Positions 62,786 through 64,000 of a stretch of 64,000 nucleotides of DNA are shown here, in pieces. Origin of the DNA: Alphaproteobacteria bacterium (GTDB lineage: Bacteria; Pseudomonadota; Alphaproteobacteria; GCA-2746255); contig OZ252220.1 in NCBI GenBank assembly GCA_965249135.1, forward strand, positions 1,248,001 through 1,312,000, in the 5' to 3' direction. The position numbers were made by a program, and so were the translations under genes. The notes beneath the pieces were generated by a model. That model made no database searches. It had not been told where the DNA came from and worked only from the letters and a program-made list of their open reading frames with translations. The first letter of the stretch is position 1; each line of letters opens with the position of its first letter.

Positions 62786-63162
62786 CAGGCGATTTCCTTC
62801 AGGTAAGCCTCATAGGAAGCCGCATCCATCAAGGAATCATAAGCGCCGGGATCGGTGAGCCTTAGTTTCAGGAACCACCCTTTGCCGGTCGGATCTGCGT
62901 TCACAAGCGCCGGTTCGGACTGCAGTTCTTCATTCACCTCGACGATTTCACCAGCCAAAGGTGCGTAGACCTCGCTTGCCGCCTTCACGGATTCGATGAC
63001 GGCTGCCTCTTCGCCCACACGTACGGTCTTGCCCGGCTCTGGCAATTCGACGAAGACGATGTCACCGAGCTGTTCCTGGGCGTAATTCGTGATTCCGACG
63101 GTCGCAACCTCGCCATCCAGGCGGGCCCATTCGTGGTCCTTCGTGTAACGCAATTCGCTCAT
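62785..63162 (-). CDS. gcvH: glycine cleavage system H protein
   Basis: [24 protein letters not shown] lipoyl motif. Confidence 0.97.
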   Translation of the reverse strand: MSELRYTKDHEWARLDGEVATVGITNYAQEQLGDIVFVELPEPGKTVRVGEEAAVIESVKAASEVYAPLAGEIVEVNEELQSEPALVNADPTGKGWFLKLRLTDPGAYDSLMDAASYEAYLKEIA

Positions 63163-63181
63163 GCCTCAACCCCCTCACCCG

Positions 63182-64000
63182 TCAGCCCTTGTAGTAACGC
63201 GTCGCAACGAAGGGAAGCTTCGCAACCCGTGCCGCGAGTGCGCGGCCCCGAAGCAGAATTTCGACCTCCGTGCCTGCCGCCGCAAACGGCGCTTTAACAT
63301 ACCCCATTGCGATCGGTCCCTCCACGGTGGGGCCAAAACCGCCGCTGGTCACGGTGCCTACTTTCCGTCCTTCCACGGATCGCACTTCCGCACCCTCGCG
63401 GACCGGTGCACGGCCGCTGGGCCGAAGGCCGACCCGGCGGCGGCTTGCGCCCTCGGCCAATTCGCGTTTGACGATGTCGGCGCCCGGATAGCCCCCGTCC
63501 GCGCGCCGGCGCTTGGAAAGCGTCCAGGTGAGCCCTGCCTCGACCACCGTCGTCGCCGGATCGAGATCGTGGCCGTAAAGGCAAAGCCCCGCCTCCAGCC
63601 GCAGGCTGTCCCGGGCGCCGAGGCCGGCGGGTGCTACCTCCGGCTCGCCCAGCAATGCTTCTGCGACCCCTTCCGCCTGATCGGGGGCAAGCGAAATCTC
63701 GAACCCGTCCTCGCCGGTGTAGCCGGAGCGCGTGACGAACGCGTCCGCGCCGGCAATCGAAAACGTCTCGGCCGAAAGATAGGGCATGCGTGCGCAGCCC
63801 TCGGCGAAACGGGCAAGTACGGAGGCGGCGCGAGGCCCCTGAAGGGCGAGAAGGGCGCGGCCTTCAAGATAGGTCACCCTGTCCGGGCCTAGATGGGCTC
63901 GCAAATGGGCAAGATCGGACGCCTTCGGGCCGGCATTGATGACGAGCTGCCAATCCTCGGGCCCATGGATGACCATCAAATCATCGAGGATGCCGGCGGC
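63182..64000 (-). CDS. gcvT: glycine cleavage system T protein (5' part outside window)
   Basis: ALQGP, RSGYTGEDGFE, GLGARDSLRLEAG, VTSGGFGP. Confidence 0.95.
   Translation of the reverse strand, partial: AAGILDDLMVIHGPEDWQLVINAGPKASDLAHLRAHLGPDRVTYLEGRALLALQGPRAASVLARFAEGCARMPYLSAETFSIAGADAFVTRSGYTGEDGFEISLAPDQAEGVAEALLGEPEVAPAGLGARDSLRLEAGLCLYGHDLDPATTVVEAGLTWTLSKRRRADGGYPGADIVKRELAEGASRRRVGLRPSGRAPVREGAEVRSVEGRKVGTVTSGGFGPTVEGPIAMGYVKAPFAAAGTEVEILLRGRALAARVAKLPFVATRYYKG

Overview
GC-rich alphaproteobacterial (Rhodospirillales-like, judged from gene order and protein families) chromosome segment, mostly core genes: Moco synthesis (moeA-moaD-moaE, moaB), ilvE/MarR-OmpR-EnvZ, phasin, proC, lgt-pgeF-prs-rplY-pth-ychF, an mtnP-mtnA-class II aldolase salvage operon, petABC, hemF, cca, pabB/pabC, korAB-fprA, ispE, ETF-QO, rnhB-ccrM, mutY-DUF721-dsbA-smc, the F0 ATP synthase genes and gcvT-H-PA-PB. 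The accessory part is at about 33-38 kb. It holds a complete 2515-bp IS1595-family element (24-bp TIRs, 8-bp TSD) carrying a methyltransferase and a PD-(D/E)xK nuclease (type II R-M cargo), inserted in the terminator of tRNA-Gln(TTG). Next to it are three tandem genes that all start with the PodJ N-terminal motif: an unlisted 56-aa ORF, a 171-aa coiled-coil protein, and a TM-Sel1-PG-binding gene split by an in-frame TAG. Readable regulatory sites include PhaR-like boxes, a LexA box, a CtrA box, a GANTC cluster at ccrM and several sigma70 promoters. All calls come from motif recognition by eye; no database searches were run.
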